Shown: one piece after another, positions 8,633 to 17,345 of the stretch
Position numbering within the stretch: the stretch's first letter is position 1
Layout of the letters: every line of letters begins with the position of its first letter
From: an uncultured Bordetella sp.
GTDB taxonomy: Bacteria; Pseudomonadota; Gammaproteobacteria; Burkholderiales; JACQAP01
Length of the DNA stretch: 41,430 nt
Assembly (NCBI GenBank): GCA_964402495.1
Contig: CAYODB010000005.1
Span: 1-41,430 of the forward strand
Direction: 5' to 3'
Made by a program: the position numbers and the translations under genes
Notes under the pieces: generated by a model
What the model was told of the DNA's origin: nothing
The model's database searches: none
The model's input: only the letters and a program-made list of their open reading frames with translations

Positions 8633-9919
8633 CTAGGCTTTGGACTGGCCGAGCGCCTGGTCGAGATCCCACAGGATATCGTCGATGTCCTCGATGCCGA
8701 TCGAGATGCGGATCATGTCGGGACCGACGCCGGCCTTGATCTGGTCTTCTTCTGACAACTGGCGGTGGGTAGTGGACGCGGGATGGATCACCAGGGTCTT
8801 GGCGTCGCCGACGTTGGCGAGATGCGAGAAGAACTGCAGGGCCTCGATGAACTTGACCCCGGCCTCCATGCCGCCCTTGATGCCGAAGGTCATGATGGAA
8901 CCCGTGCCTTTGGGCAGGTATTTCTGCGCCAGGGCGTGATACTTGCTGCCGGGAAGGCCAGGGTAATTGACCCAGGAGACGCGCGGATGACCTTCGAGGA
9001 ATTTCGCGACCGCCATGGCATTGGCGACGTGGCGTTCGACGCGCACGTGCAGGGTCTCGAGACCCTGCAACAGCATCCAGGCGTTGAAAGGCGAAAGCAC
9101 GGGACCGAGCGTCCGCATGGTTTCCATGCGGCACTTCATGGTGTAGCCGAAGTCGCCGAAGGTCTCGTGGAATATCACACCGTGATAGCCGCGCGAGGGT
9201 TCGGTCATCATCGGAAACTTGCCGTTGCCCCAGGGAAACTTACCGGATTCGACCAGCACGCCCCCCATGGTGGTACCGTGGCCGCCGATGAACTTGGTGG
9301 CGGAATGGATCACGATGTCCGCACCGAACTTGATCGGCTGGCACAGGTAAGGCGAAGCAAAGGTGTTGTCGATCATCAGCGGCACGCCCGCTTCTTTCGC
9401 AATGTTCGCGACAGCCTCAATGTCGAGCACATTGATTTGCGGATTGCCCATGGTTTCAGCGTAGAGCACGCGGGTTCGGGGCGTGATCACCTTACGGAAA
9501 TTCTCCGGGTCGTCCGGATGGACGAAGACCGTCTTGATGCCGAACTGGCGGAAGGTCACATCGAACTGCGAATAGGTGCCGCCGTACAGCGTGCTGGCGG
9601 AAACGATCTCGTCGCCTTCGCGCAGGATGGTGAGCAGGGCGCACATCTGCGCCGCCTGGCCCGAAGAGGTCGCCAGCGCCGCCCGCCCGCCTTCGAGGGC
9701 TGCCATCCTTTCCTCGAAAACGGCCACTGTCGGATTCGAGATGCGCGAATAGACGTTACCGAAGGTCTGCAGGTTGAACAGGCTCGCCGCATGCTCGGGG
9801 GAATCGAAGACGAACGACGTGGTCTGGTAGATTGGCACCGCGCGCGCGCCCGTTGCCGCGTCGGGGATCTGACCTGCATGAAGGCACAAGGTGCCGAATC
9901 CGAATTCTCTGTCTGCCAT
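8633..9919 (-). CDS. metY: O-acetylhomoserine aminocarboxypropyltransferase/sulfhydrylase
   Basis: Track ORF of 428 aa. FGTLCLHAGQ...PIYQTTSF...NPT... and the SATKFIGGHG PLP-lysine region are typical of MetY/Cys-Met PLP enzymes. Confidence 0.92.
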   Translation of the reverse strand: MADREFGFGTLCLHAGQIPDAATGARAVPIYQTTSFVFDSPEHAASLFNLQTFGNVYSRISNPTVAVFEERMAALEGGRAALATSSGQAAQMCALLTILREGDEIVSASTLYGGTYSQFDVTFRQFGIKTVFVHPDDPENFRKVITPRTRVLYAETMGNPQINVLDIEAVANIAKEAGVPLMIDNTFASPYLCQPIKFGADIVIHSATKFIGGHGTTMGGVLVESGKFPWGNGKFPMMTEPSRGYHGVIFHETFGDFGYTMKCRMETMRTLGPVLSPFNAWMLLQGLETLHVRVERHVANAMAVAKFLEGHPRVSWVNYPGLPGSKYHALAQKYLPKGTGSIMTFGIKGGMEAGVKFIEALQFFSHLANVGDAKTLVIHPASTTHRQLSEEDQIKAGVGPDMIRISIGIEDIDDILWDLDQALGQSKA

Positions 9920-9926
9920 GATGGTT

Positions 9927-10096
9927 CAGTGAATAGTGAATAGTGAATAGTGAACGGTGAATGGTGAATGGTAATCAGTGAACGGTGAACGGTGAATAGT
10001 AAACGGTGATCAGTGATCGGTTAACCGTGAAAGGCAATCAGTACGCGGGAATTGGTCTCGCCTTTACCGATCGCTGTTCACCGATTACCGTTCGCC
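9927..10096. repeat. Inverted-repeat cassette 5 (heptamer array)
   Basis: About 15 in-phase heptamers (CAGTGAA, TAGTGAA x3, CGGTGAA, TGGTGAA...) span 9927-10031. After a short central segment, about 5 reverse-complement heptamers (GTTCACC/GATTACC type) run to 10096. Confidence 0.88.
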
Positions 10097-10099
10097 GCT

Positions 10100-10585
10100 T
10101 CAGTAAGGAAGCCAATTCGGCCGCTTGGAGGAAATGACTTTGGTATTGACGCCGACCCAGTTCAGTCCGCCGAACAGGCGGCCGTGCTCGATCTTGACGC
10201 AACGATCCTGCACCACTTCGAGGCCGGCTTTGCGGGCCTTATCGGCGGCAGCCTCGTTCATGACGCCAATCTGCATCCACAGCACCTTCGCCCCGACTGC
10301 TATGGCCTCGTCGACGATTGGATCGATGTCTTCGCTCTTGCGGAAGCAGTCGACGACGTCGATCTTTTCCGGAATATCGCGCACGCTCGAATACACCTTC
10401 TCGCCGAGGATTTCCTGGCCCTTGTACGACGGGTTCACCGGGATGATGCGGTAGCCGTGCTCCTGCATGTACTTGGCCGCGAAGAAACTCGGACGGTACC
10501 AGTTGGCGGACAGACCGACGACTGCAATGGTCTTGTACTGGCGCAGGATGCGGCGCAGCGTGTTGATATCGGTGGTGTCGCTCAT
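10100..10585 (-). CDS. CoA-binding domain protein (YccU-like)
   Basis: This is the C-terminal 161 codons of track ORF 10100..11536. I place the start at ATG 10585 (MSDTTDINTLRRILRQYKTIAVVGLS...), which gives the usual length. The upstream part of that ORF overlaps the aminopeptidase gene in another frame. Confidence 0.82.
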   Translation of the reverse strand: MSDTTDINTLRRILRQYKTIAVVGLSANWYRPSFFAAKYMQEHGYRIIPVNPSYKGQEILGEKVYSSVRDIPEKIDVVDCFRKSEDIDPIVDEAIAVGAKVLWMQIGVMNEAAADKARKAGLEVVQDRCVKIEHGRLFGGLNWVGVNTKVISSKRPNWLPY

Positions 10586-10752
10586 GGTTCTCTTGATAGT
10601 GGCTGCTTTGGGAAATGTGAACGGGGCCGGAATTAACAAGGAGGCCGGGATTCGGATTGGAGGGCTTGACCCCTCCGGCTGACTTGAAGCGATTCTAGCA
10701 CTGCATCGCTCGATGGGAATCTTGACGGGAATGCGGCCCAGTCTGTCCGCAA

Positions 10753-11808
10753 TCAGCTTTCGGGTTCTGCAGCGGCCGTGACGCCAAGCCGGACCGCGCG
10801 TTTTTCCTTGCCCAGGCCGCCGATCTTCCTCACGTCGGCATAGAAACGCGTGAAGTCGCCCTTGTTCTCCGCAAGCAGTTGGCGGAAAGCCGGCACCAGC
10901 TCCGAATAGGTGGCGACCGGCACGATGTGGGCATTGTTGAGCGCGCCCGCAAAGAACCGGTCGTAGGCGGCGAACCCGCCCCAGGACTGTTTCAAGGTCT
11001 CGTACTCGGCTTTCAGGTCCCGAAAGACCGCGGCCTTCCGGCTGCGCTTTTCCGGCTCTGCCAGGTCGGACGCATAAAGAGTCCCGAGCCTGTCCCGATA
11101 CTTCAAGACCAGGGCGATGAAGCCGCGCTTGTATTCCTGGCGGGTTTCGAAGCCGGCACGCTGTGCGGGTGTCCCGTTGCGCGCCAGCCAGCGCTCCATG
11201 CCCTCCAGTTCCACGGCCGTGGCGAAGGATTCGTTGAACATGGTATCGCCGGAAACGTAAACCACCTGGTGCGCCAGTTCGTGAAATACCAGACGCGCGA
11301 TCTCGGCATCGGGATAGCGGATAAAGGTGTTCAGAACCGGATCGTCGAACCAGCCCAGGGTCGAGTAGGCAGGGACTCCGGATACGAACACATCCCGGCC
11401 CTTCGACTGCAATCCCGCACCGAACTCCTCTGCTGTTTTCTCGCTGAAGTAGCCGCGGTAGGCCACGCAACCTGCAAACGGAAAGCACCAGTCCAGCGGC
11501 TTCATGGAGAACTCGTCGGTCGCGAATACGTTCCACACGACATAGGGCCGCTGCAGGTCGGCGTACTTGCGATAGCTGCCGTTGTCCGGCAGGGCCAGTT
11601 CCGTGCTGGCGAAATCGCGCACCCGCTGCACCAGTTCCAGGCGCTCGCGCAGCTTCGGGTCAGTATGTGAATCGCCGATCAGCGTTTCGATCGGCTGGCT
11701 CTTGCGCCAAAGTTCCATCTGGCCGCTGACAGCCTGATAGTAATAACCGACACCGGCGCAGCCGGCGAGGCACAGCAACAGCAAGCCGGCAATCAGCGGC
11801 CTGGTCAC
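10753..11808 (-). CDS. Predicted zinc aminopeptidase (DUF2265/PF10023-like), lipoprotein
   Basis: Track ORF 10753..11937. It has a lipobox-like LLLLCLAGCAG and an HELAH motif. I place the start at GTG 11808, which overlaps the upstream stop (GTGA). Confidence 0.7.
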   Translation of the reverse strand: MTRPLIAGLLLLCLAGCAGVGYYYQAVSGQMELWRKSQPIETLIGDSHTDPKLRERLELVQRVRDFASTELALPDNGSYRKYADLQRPYVVWNVFATDEFSMKPLDWCFPFAGCVAYRGYFSEKTAEEFGAGLQSKGRDVFVSGVPAYSTLGWFDDPVLNTFIRYPDAEIARLVFHELAHQVVYVSGDTMFNESFATAVELEGMERWLARNGTPAQRAGFETRQEYKRGFIALVLKYRDRLGTLYASDLAEPEKRSRKAAVFRDLKAEYETLKQSWGGFAAYDRFFAGALNNAHIVPVATYSELVPAFRQLLAENKGDFTRFYADVRKIGGLGKEKRAVRLGVTAAAEPES

Positions 11809-12419
11809 CGGAACCTGCCTGTCTTCAGAAAGGTCGCCACCGCGCGCGCCGACATCGGCGAGAACGGCATCGCGGTATGAAACACCGGCAACACGATGGA
11901 ATCGGTGGCGCCGGGCACTTTCGTTTCCTCCAGGCACACAACGCCGTCGTTCGGTTGCGGCAATTGCGAGATCAGCTTGCCGATGCCGAAGGACCGGTCG
12001 CCGGCAAGCACACCGATCTCGGCTTCTCCGTTGAACGACGGCTTATCGCGGCGCAGCCAGTCTGATAGCGTGCGGCCAAGTATTCTCTTTCCGACCGCAA
12101 CCCGTGCCAGTCCATTGGCGGAAATGCTGCCACGATACGGAATGCCCATCAGCACCGCCCGATGTACCTTCAAGCCGCCTGCGATCGCCGCCAGGATCAA
12201 CACGCCGCCGAGACTATGGCCCACGAGGTGAAGCCGGTCGGATTCGAACTTGCGGCAGAACTGGATCAGCCGTTCGACGTTGTAGTCGAGACCGCGAAGC
12301 ACCGACCAGTAGGAAAAACGGCTGACGACGTAGCCTTCGCGTGCAAGCCGCCAGCCCAGCGGCGCCATCGACGGGCCGTTCAGCCAGAGTCCGTGGACCA
12401 GCACAACGCGTTCAGCCAC
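11805..12419 (-). CDS. Alpha/beta hydrolase (lipase/esterase-like)
   Basis: Track ORF of 204 aa with a GTG start. It has VVLVHGLW and the GHSLGG nucleophile elbow. Confidence 0.75.
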   Translation of the reverse strand: MAERVVLVHGLWLNGPSMAPLGWRLAREGYVVSRFSYWSVLRGLDYNVERLIQFCRKFESDRLHLVGHSLGGVLILAAIAGGLKVHRAVLMGIPYRGSISANGLARVAVGKRILGRTLSDWLRRDKPSFNGEAEIGVLAGDRSFGIGKLISQLPQPNDGVVCLEETKVPGATDSIVLPVFHTAMPFSPMSARAVATFLKTGRFR

Positions 12420-13350
12420 TTGCGTCCTCCTTGAGCAGCACCAGGGACTTCGCGAGCACGCGGCTGTAGCGGACTTTTTCCGTGGCGATGCGCTCAGCGC
12501 TCCAGGTCCAGAACCCCTTTCCGGTCTTCATGCCCAACTCTCCGCGCTTCACTTTATCCTCGAGCACGGGTGGCGGACGATCGTCATTGCAAAGGTCGGG
12601 AAACACCGAACTCGACGCGAGGAAATTCACATCCAGGCCGGAATGCTCTTTCTGCAGTACCGGCCCCGCCGCCAGGTAGCGCATCCCGAACCCGAAGCGC
12701 ACCGCCTTGTCCACATCCTCGGGCGACGCAATGCCGCGGTCGATCAATGACCACGCTTCACGCATCAGCGCGTGCTGCAGGCGGTTGGCGAGGAAACCCG
12801 GAATATCCCGCTTCACCATGACAGTCATGCAATCAACCGATTCCATGAACCGGCCCATGCCTTGCGCGAGGGCGGGATCGGTCTGGTCCGAACAAACGAT
12901 CTCGACCAGGGGTACGAGGTGCGCCGGCATGAAGAAATGCAGTCCGAACATTCGCTTTTGCGTCTTCAGTCCCGCGCCGATGCGGCTGATGGGAAAGCTG
13001 GACGAATTGCTGGTCAGGGGAGTTCCGGACGATGCGTGTTTTTCCAGTTGCGCGAAGACCTCGCGCTTGACCGCGAGGTCTTCGCTGACCGACTCGATCA
13101 CCAGGCCGATCTGCTGCCAGGGCAAGGTTGCCAGTTCCGTTGCGACATGGACCGCCGCAGGTCGAGTCTTTCGACCCACGATTTGTTCGCAGGCACCGGC
13201 AATGCGTTCCCGCACACTGTCAAGGTTGCGCCCGGGCCGGCTGAAAACATGGACGTCTATGCCACGCGCGGCAAAGATGGCCGCAATATCGGCGCTCATC
13301 GTGCCGGCGCCGATGACCGCAACCTGCTGGATGGAGGGAGTGGAAGTCAT
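12412..13350 (-). CDS. 3-hydroxyacyl-CoA dehydrogenase family protein
   Basis: Track ORF 12412..13380. The VAVIGAGTMSADIA Rossmann motif lies near the N-terminus, with a 3HCDH-type C-terminal half. The start is either 13350 (MTSTPSIQQ) or 13380. It overlaps the next gene by 8 nt. Confidence 0.82.
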   Translation of the reverse strand: MTSTPSIQQVAVIGAGTMSADIAAIFAARGIDVHVFSRPGRNLDSVRERIAGACEQIVGRKTRPAAVHVATELATLPWQQIGLVIESVSEDLAVKREVFAQLEKHASSGTPLTSNSSSFPISRIGAGLKTQKRMFGLHFFMPAHLVPLVEIVCSDQTDPALAQGMGRFMESVDCMTVMVKRDIPGFLANRLQHALMREAWSLIDRGIASPEDVDKAVRFGFGMRYLAAGPVLQKEHSGLDVNFLASSSVFPDLCNDDRPPPVLEDKVKRGELGMKTGKGFWTWSAERIATEKVRYSRVLAKSLVLLKEDASG

Positions 13351-13397
13351 GAACGAGTCCTGTGCGGAAGCAAAGGCCATTATAGGAGAGGCGGAGG

Positions 13398-14168
13398 GTG
13401 ATAGACTTCATTCCCCTGCGCAGGACGTCCATGCCGTTTCCCGTCGAAACCCTGATCGCGATCCCCCTGATCGGGTTGCTCGCCTACATCATCCTCGGAA
13501 TCTCCGGATTCGGTTCCGCGCTCGTCACGATCCCGCTTCTGGTGCATTTCCTGCCGCTGCAAACCGTGGTGCCGCTGGTGGTGATGGTGGACTTCCTTGC
13601 GACCGCGACCACCGGGCTCAGGTTCCGCGAACACGTCGAAGTTGCGGAACTCAAACTGCTGATACCGTCCGTGATTGTGGGCATCCTGGCGGGTGTGACG
13701 CTACTGGCGATGCTGCCCAGGCATGCAACGCTGGTGTCGCTGGGCATTTTTGTCACCGCTTACGGCATCTACCGGCTGATCGCAAAGGCGCCCGCTACGG
13801 GTATTTCGCGCTGGTGGGGGATCCCGACAGGAATCGGCGGCGGATTGATCGGCGGGCTGTTCGGCGTCGGCGGGCCGATCTACGCCGCGTACATGACGGC
13901 GCGCATACCGGACGTTTCCCGGATGCGCGCCACCCTGTCCGCCGTGTTCTCGTTCAGTACCGGACTGCGCGTGCTGGTCTACGTGCTGTCCGGACTGATG
14001 CTGCAAACCGAAGTCTGGTGGGCCTTCCTGTGCCTGCTTCCGGTCATGCCGGTCGGACTGTTCATTGGCCACCGGCTGCATGCGAAGCTCACTCGCGACC
14101 AGGTCGGACGGTTCATCAGCATACTACTGGTGGTCAGCGGGCTGTCCCTGCTCTGGAAAGCGATCTAG
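13398..14168 (+). CDS. TauE/SafE (DUF81) family membrane transporter
   Basis: Track ORF of 256 aa. It is multi-helix with G-rich helix motifs (ISGFGSALV, GGGLIGGLFGVGG). An alternative start is ATG 13431. Confidence 0.78.
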   Translation: MIDFIPLRRTSMPFPVETLIAIPLIGLLAYIILGISGFGSALVTIPLLVHFLPLQTVVPLVVMVDFLATATTGLRFREHVEVAELKLLIPSVIVGILAGVTLLAMLPRHATLVSLGIFVTAYGIYRLIAKAPATGISRWWGIPTGIGGGLIGGLFGVGGPIYAAYMTARIPDVSRMRATLSAVFSFSTGLRVLVYVLSGLMLQTEVWWAFLCLLPVMPVGLFIGHRLHAKLTRDQVGRFISILLVVSGLSLLWKAI

Positions 14169-14231
14169 CTCGTCCCGATCACCTGTCAGGAGTGCATCCC
14201 GGTATCCGCTCGAAGAGGCGCCCGTCACCCG

Positions 14232-15464
14232 TCACGGCCTTTCCATCCTGCACGTCGTAGGCAGGATGGTGTCCTTCGCTTCCAGACGCATATCGGTCCT
14301 GAAACCGAAGCCGGTATCTTCGAGGTCGTACTTCACTTCACCACCGGCCTTGGTAAACGTCGCGACGTAAAGCGGCTGCATGAGCTGGTGGTCGTCAGGC
14401 CGCATCCACAGTTCTCCTGTCGGCCCCGGATGGCGCATGTTTTCCAGCGCCAGGGCGACCTTGAGCGGATCGGAAGACGTCGCTTTCTCCATTGCGGCAA
14501 TCCACATGTCGAAAGCCGACAGGGCGGGCAGGAAGATAAAATCCTCGTCGAAGCGTTTCTTGTAGCGCAGCGCGAATTCCTTGATCGGGGTGCCAGGGAT
14601 GTTGATGTGCCACCCGATCACGGTCTTGACCCTGTCTTCACCCGCCTTGCCGATTGCCCTGGGCGTGCCGGTCAGGTAAGCGTAGTTGGTATAGAAGTTT
14701 GCGGGCAGCTTGACGTCGGCCGCCGCCTTGATCAGCAATGAAAGGTCCACGCCCCAGTTTCCGGTCAGGATCGTATCCGCGCCACTCGCCTTGATCTTCG
14801 CGATATAGGGAGCGAAATCCTTGATCTTGCCGATCGGGTGGAGCTCGTCACCGACGATCTTCACGTCAGGCCGTTTGCTCCCGAGCAGCTCCTTGCCCAC
14901 GCGGGCCACTGTCTGGCCGTATGCATAGTCCTGGTTGATGAGATAGACGCTTCGAATGTCCTTGCGGCCGGCCATATGGCTGGTCATGGCCGCCAGTTTC
15001 ATGTCGACATTCGCGTCGAAGCGGAAATGCCAGAAACTGCATTTTTCATTGGTGAGCGCCGTGTCGATCGACCCGAAGTTCAGGTGGATGATGCTGCGCT
15101 CCGGATCGCGGGCGTTGTGCTTGGTGATGGCGTCCGAGAGGGCGTGCGCATTGTGCGATCCAGACGCCTGGACGATGAAGCGCACATTCTGGTCGGCCGC
15201 CTGCTTGAGCGCGATCAGGCTTTCCTGCGGGCTGCCCTTGTTGTCGTAGGCGACGAACTCGAGCTTTGTGCCGCCGAGCACACCGCCCCTGGCGTTCTGC
15301 TCGTCGATGAGCATCTGGAAAATGTGGGCGCCGGCATTGCCCTGGAATGCGAACGGCCCGCTGAGCGGTTCGATCAGGCCGAGCTTGATGGTGTCGGCCG
15401 CCAGCGTATTCCCGGTCACGGCCAGAAGCGCCGCCACAATGCATCTCCTTAATTCCCTGGACAT
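14232..15464 (-). CDS. Periplasmic ABC substrate-binding protein, LivK/branched-chain-amino-acid type (paralog 1)
   Basis: Track ORF 14232..15779. I place the start at ATG 15464 (MSRELRRCIVAALLAVTGNTLAADTIKLG...), which has GGAGGA upstream and a signal peptide. It is about 55-60% identical by eye to 15685..16923. Confidence 0.9.
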   Translation of the reverse strand: MSRELRRCIVAALLAVTGNTLAADTIKLGLIEPLSGPFAFQGNAGAHIFQMLIDEQNARGGVLGGTKLEFVAYDNKGSPQESLIALKQAADQNVRFIVQASGSHNAHALSDAITKHNARDPERSIIHLNFGSIDTALTNEKCSFWHFRFDANVDMKLAAMTSHMAGRKDIRSVYLINQDYAYGQTVARVGKELLGSKRPDVKIVGDELHPIGKIKDFAPYIAKIKASGADTILTGNWGVDLSLLIKAAADVKLPANFYTNYAYLTGTPRAIGKAGEDRVKTVIGWHINIPGTPIKEFALRYKKRFDEDFIFLPALSAFDMWIAAMEKATSSDPLKVALALENMRHPGPTGELWMRPDDHQLMQPLYVATFTKAGGEVKYDLEDTGFGFRTDMRLEAKDTILPTTCRMERP

Positions 15465-15603
15465 GGTTTCCTCCCCGTTTTGTGAACAACCTGGTCGTTC
15501 CCGGCTCCGGGCTTTCCTGCTCGAAGCATAGTTTGGAATCCGCCGAATACCAGTGAGACTCGGACCTCTGGGCAGGAATGGCGGTGCCCTTTGCGCGATT
15601 CGC

Positions 15604-15637
15604 AGAAGAAGAAAACGCCCGGCACTTGGCTGGGCGT
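15604..15637 (-). terminator. Rho-independent terminator after binding-protein paralog 2
   Basis: The minus strand reads ACGCCC-(11 nt)-GGGCGT followed by TTTCTTCTTCT. Confidence 0.7.
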
Positions 15638-15644
15638 CTTTACT

Positions 15645-15667
15645 CCCTCTCCGCCACGGGGAGAGGG
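15645..15667. repeat. REP-like GC hairpin
   Basis: CCCTCTCC-GCCACGG-GGAGAGGG followed by TGGGGCTGAGG. This resembles the CCCTCTCC...GGAGAGGG..GGGGTGAGG intergenic elements common in proteobacteria. Confidence 0.5.
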
Positions 15668-15684
15668 TGGGGCTGAGGTGGCTC

Positions 15685-16923
15685 TTACGGCCTTTCCATC
15701 TTGCAGGTCGTTGGCAGGATGTTGTCCTTGGCCTCGATCCGAATGTCGCTGCGCCATCCATAGCCGGTCCCGTCGGCATCGTACTTGACGCCCTTCTGAC
15801 CCACCTTCGCGAATGTCGCGACGAACAGAGGCTCCATCAGTTGGTGATCTTCGGGTCGCATCCAGGCTTCGCCGACGCCGGCGTCGTAGCGCATGTCTTC
15901 CAGCGCCTTTGCAACTTTCACTGGCTCGGCGGAACCCGCTTTGTCGATCGCCTTCGCCCACATGTCGATGGTGTACTTGATCGGCAGGAAACCCCAGTCT
16001 TCGTCGTACTTTTTCTTGTAATCGAGGTAGGTCTTTTCCATCGGACTGCCGGGAAGGTTCGGGAACCAGCTCGCGACTGTCTTTACGCGGTCGGCGCCGG
16101 AACCGCCGAAAGCCCGCGGCGTGCCGACCAGGTAAGCGTAGTTTGTATAGAACGTCGCCTTCAATCCGGCTTCTTCCGCGGCCTTGATCAGCAACGCCAG
16201 ATCGCTGCCCCAGTTGCCGGAAAGCACGCTGTCCGCGCCGCTGGCCTTGATCTTGGCAATGTACGGCGCGAAGTCCTTGACCTTGCCGGTGGGGTGCAGT
16301 TCGTCGCCGACGATGTCGATGTCCGGACGCTTTTTGGTGATCTGTTCCCGGGTAACCCGCTGTACCGAGTGGCCGTAGGCATAGTCCTGGTTGATCACAT
16401 AGAGCTTCTTCGCACCTTTGTCCGCGGCAATGACCGCAGTCAGCGCGTCGATTTTCATGTCCACGTTCGCATCGAAACGGAAATGCCAGTAGTTGCATTT
16501 CTCGTTGGTCAGCGCCGGATCGATGGCCGCATGGTTCAGGTAGATGACTTCCTGGCCGGGATTGCGCTGGTTGTGCTTGAGTATCGCGTCGGTCAGCGCA
16601 TGGCCGACATGCGAACCGTTGCCCTGAGTCACGTAGCGGATGCCCTGGTCAATCGCCTGCTTCAGCGCGACCAGGCTTTCCTGCGGGCTCGACTTGTTGT
16701 CGAGACTGACCAGTTCGAGCTTGGTGCCGCCGAGCACGCCGCCGCGCGCGTTGATTTCGTCGATGGCCTGCTGGATATGGCGATCGCCCGACTGTCCCTG
16801 CAGCGCGAACGGGCCGCTCTGCGGATCGATGTGGGCGATCTTGATGGTGTCCGCCGCGAATGCGCCCGCCGCGAACATGCAGAAACCGGCCGCGAACAGC
16901 CGGACTAACAATTTGCCGAACAT
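15685..16923 (-). CDS. Periplasmic ABC substrate-binding protein, LivK type (paralog 2)
   Basis: Track ORF of 412 aa with signal peptide MFGKLLVRLFAAGFCMFAAGAFA and GGAGGAGG upstream. Confidence 0.9.
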   Translation of the reverse strand: MFGKLLVRLFAAGFCMFAAGAFAADTIKIAHIDPQSGPFALQGQSGDRHIQQAIDEINARGGVLGGTKLELVSLDNKSSPQESLVALKQAIDQGIRYVTQGNGSHVGHALTDAILKHNQRNPGQEVIYLNHAAIDPALTNEKCNYWHFRFDANVDMKIDALTAVIAADKGAKKLYVINQDYAYGHSVQRVTREQITKKRPDIDIVGDELHPTGKVKDFAPYIAKIKASGADSVLSGNWGSDLALLIKAAEEAGLKATFYTNYAYLVGTPRAFGGSGADRVKTVASWFPNLPGSPMEKTYLDYKKKYDEDWGFLPIKYTIDMWAKAIDKAGSAEPVKVAKALEDMRYDAGVGEAWMRPEDHQLMEPLFVATFAKVGQKGVKYDADGTGYGWRSDIRIEAKDNILPTTCKMERP

Positions 16924-17084
16924 GCTGCCTCCTCCATCATTGGGTCCAGGGAAAGTCCGGTCTGCGCCGGCGTTTTGCGGTGCCGCAAATTCTGCTGCTG
17001 CCCGTCTTTAACGTACGGGCAGGCGAATCAGCATACACCGGGTTCGTGTGCTGCTTCTGCAGCGTAAGCCAATGGCGGGCCGGC

Positions 17085-17112
17085 AAAGAAAAGGGGCGGC
17101 TTACGCCACCCC
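17085..17112 (-). terminator. Rho-independent terminator
   Basis: The minus strand reads GGGGTGGC-GTAA-GCCGCCCC followed by TTTTCTTT, 32 nt after the stop at 17147-17145. Confidence 0.7.
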
Positions 17113-17144
17113 CGAAATCCCGGGAAATCCCAGGAGAGAGATCG

Positions 17145-17345
17145 TTAGCGCAGAATGAAAACGTCGTACTTCACGTACCCGCCCTCGCCAAGTTTCACCT
17201 CGACCACCTTGTTGACCAGTTGAACAGTGTTGAGCCAGGCATATTTCTCCGATGAGGTCTTAAACGTGGGTGCGGTAATGAAGTAGGGAATGTCCCTGGT
17301 GGTCAGCAATTCCCCCTTGCCCAGTTTTTCCGCGCTCTCTAGCCC
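17145..17345 (-). pseudogene. C-terminal remnant of a DUF3237-like protein
   Basis: Hand translation of the minus strand gives ...AEKLGKGELLTTRDIPYFITAPTFKTSSEKYAWLNTVQLVNKVVEVKLGEGGYVKYDVFILR*. The YFxxxPxFxT...YAWLN...V.Y.V pattern matches the C-terminus of the DUF3237/UPF0311 family as I remember it. No credible start exists, and the upstream frame turns into R/G-rich nonsense. Confidence 0.45.

Noticed and set aside
9927-10045. The heptamer array and the 9-mer arrays as possible CRISPR arrays
   Set aside because: The units are 7 or 9 nt and directly tandem with no spacers. CRISPR repeats are 23-50 nt separated by unique spacers. No cas genes are in the window.
9920-10099. A SAM/SAH riboswitch in the metY leader
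   Set aside because: The region is entirely tandem heptamers. I see none of the conserved riboswitch cores I know, although I cannot run a covariance model here.
10100-11536. A 478-aa ORF spanning the CoA-binding gene and part of the aminopeptidase gene
   Set aside because: Only the last 161 codons look like a real (CoA-binding) protein. The upstream part is R/G/P-rich and overlaps the well-supported aminopeptidase frame.
12707-14260. Very long track ORFs such as +12707..14260 (517 aa), +15553..16908, +20227..21393, +21390..22376, -6975..8138, +8765..9943, +18312..19514, +39081..40223, +19..864 and +34434..35675
   Set aside because: They lie antisense or out of frame to genes with clear family motifs. 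They are Arg/Gly/Pro/Ala-rich with no recognisable domains, as expected for shadow ORFs in high-GC DNA.
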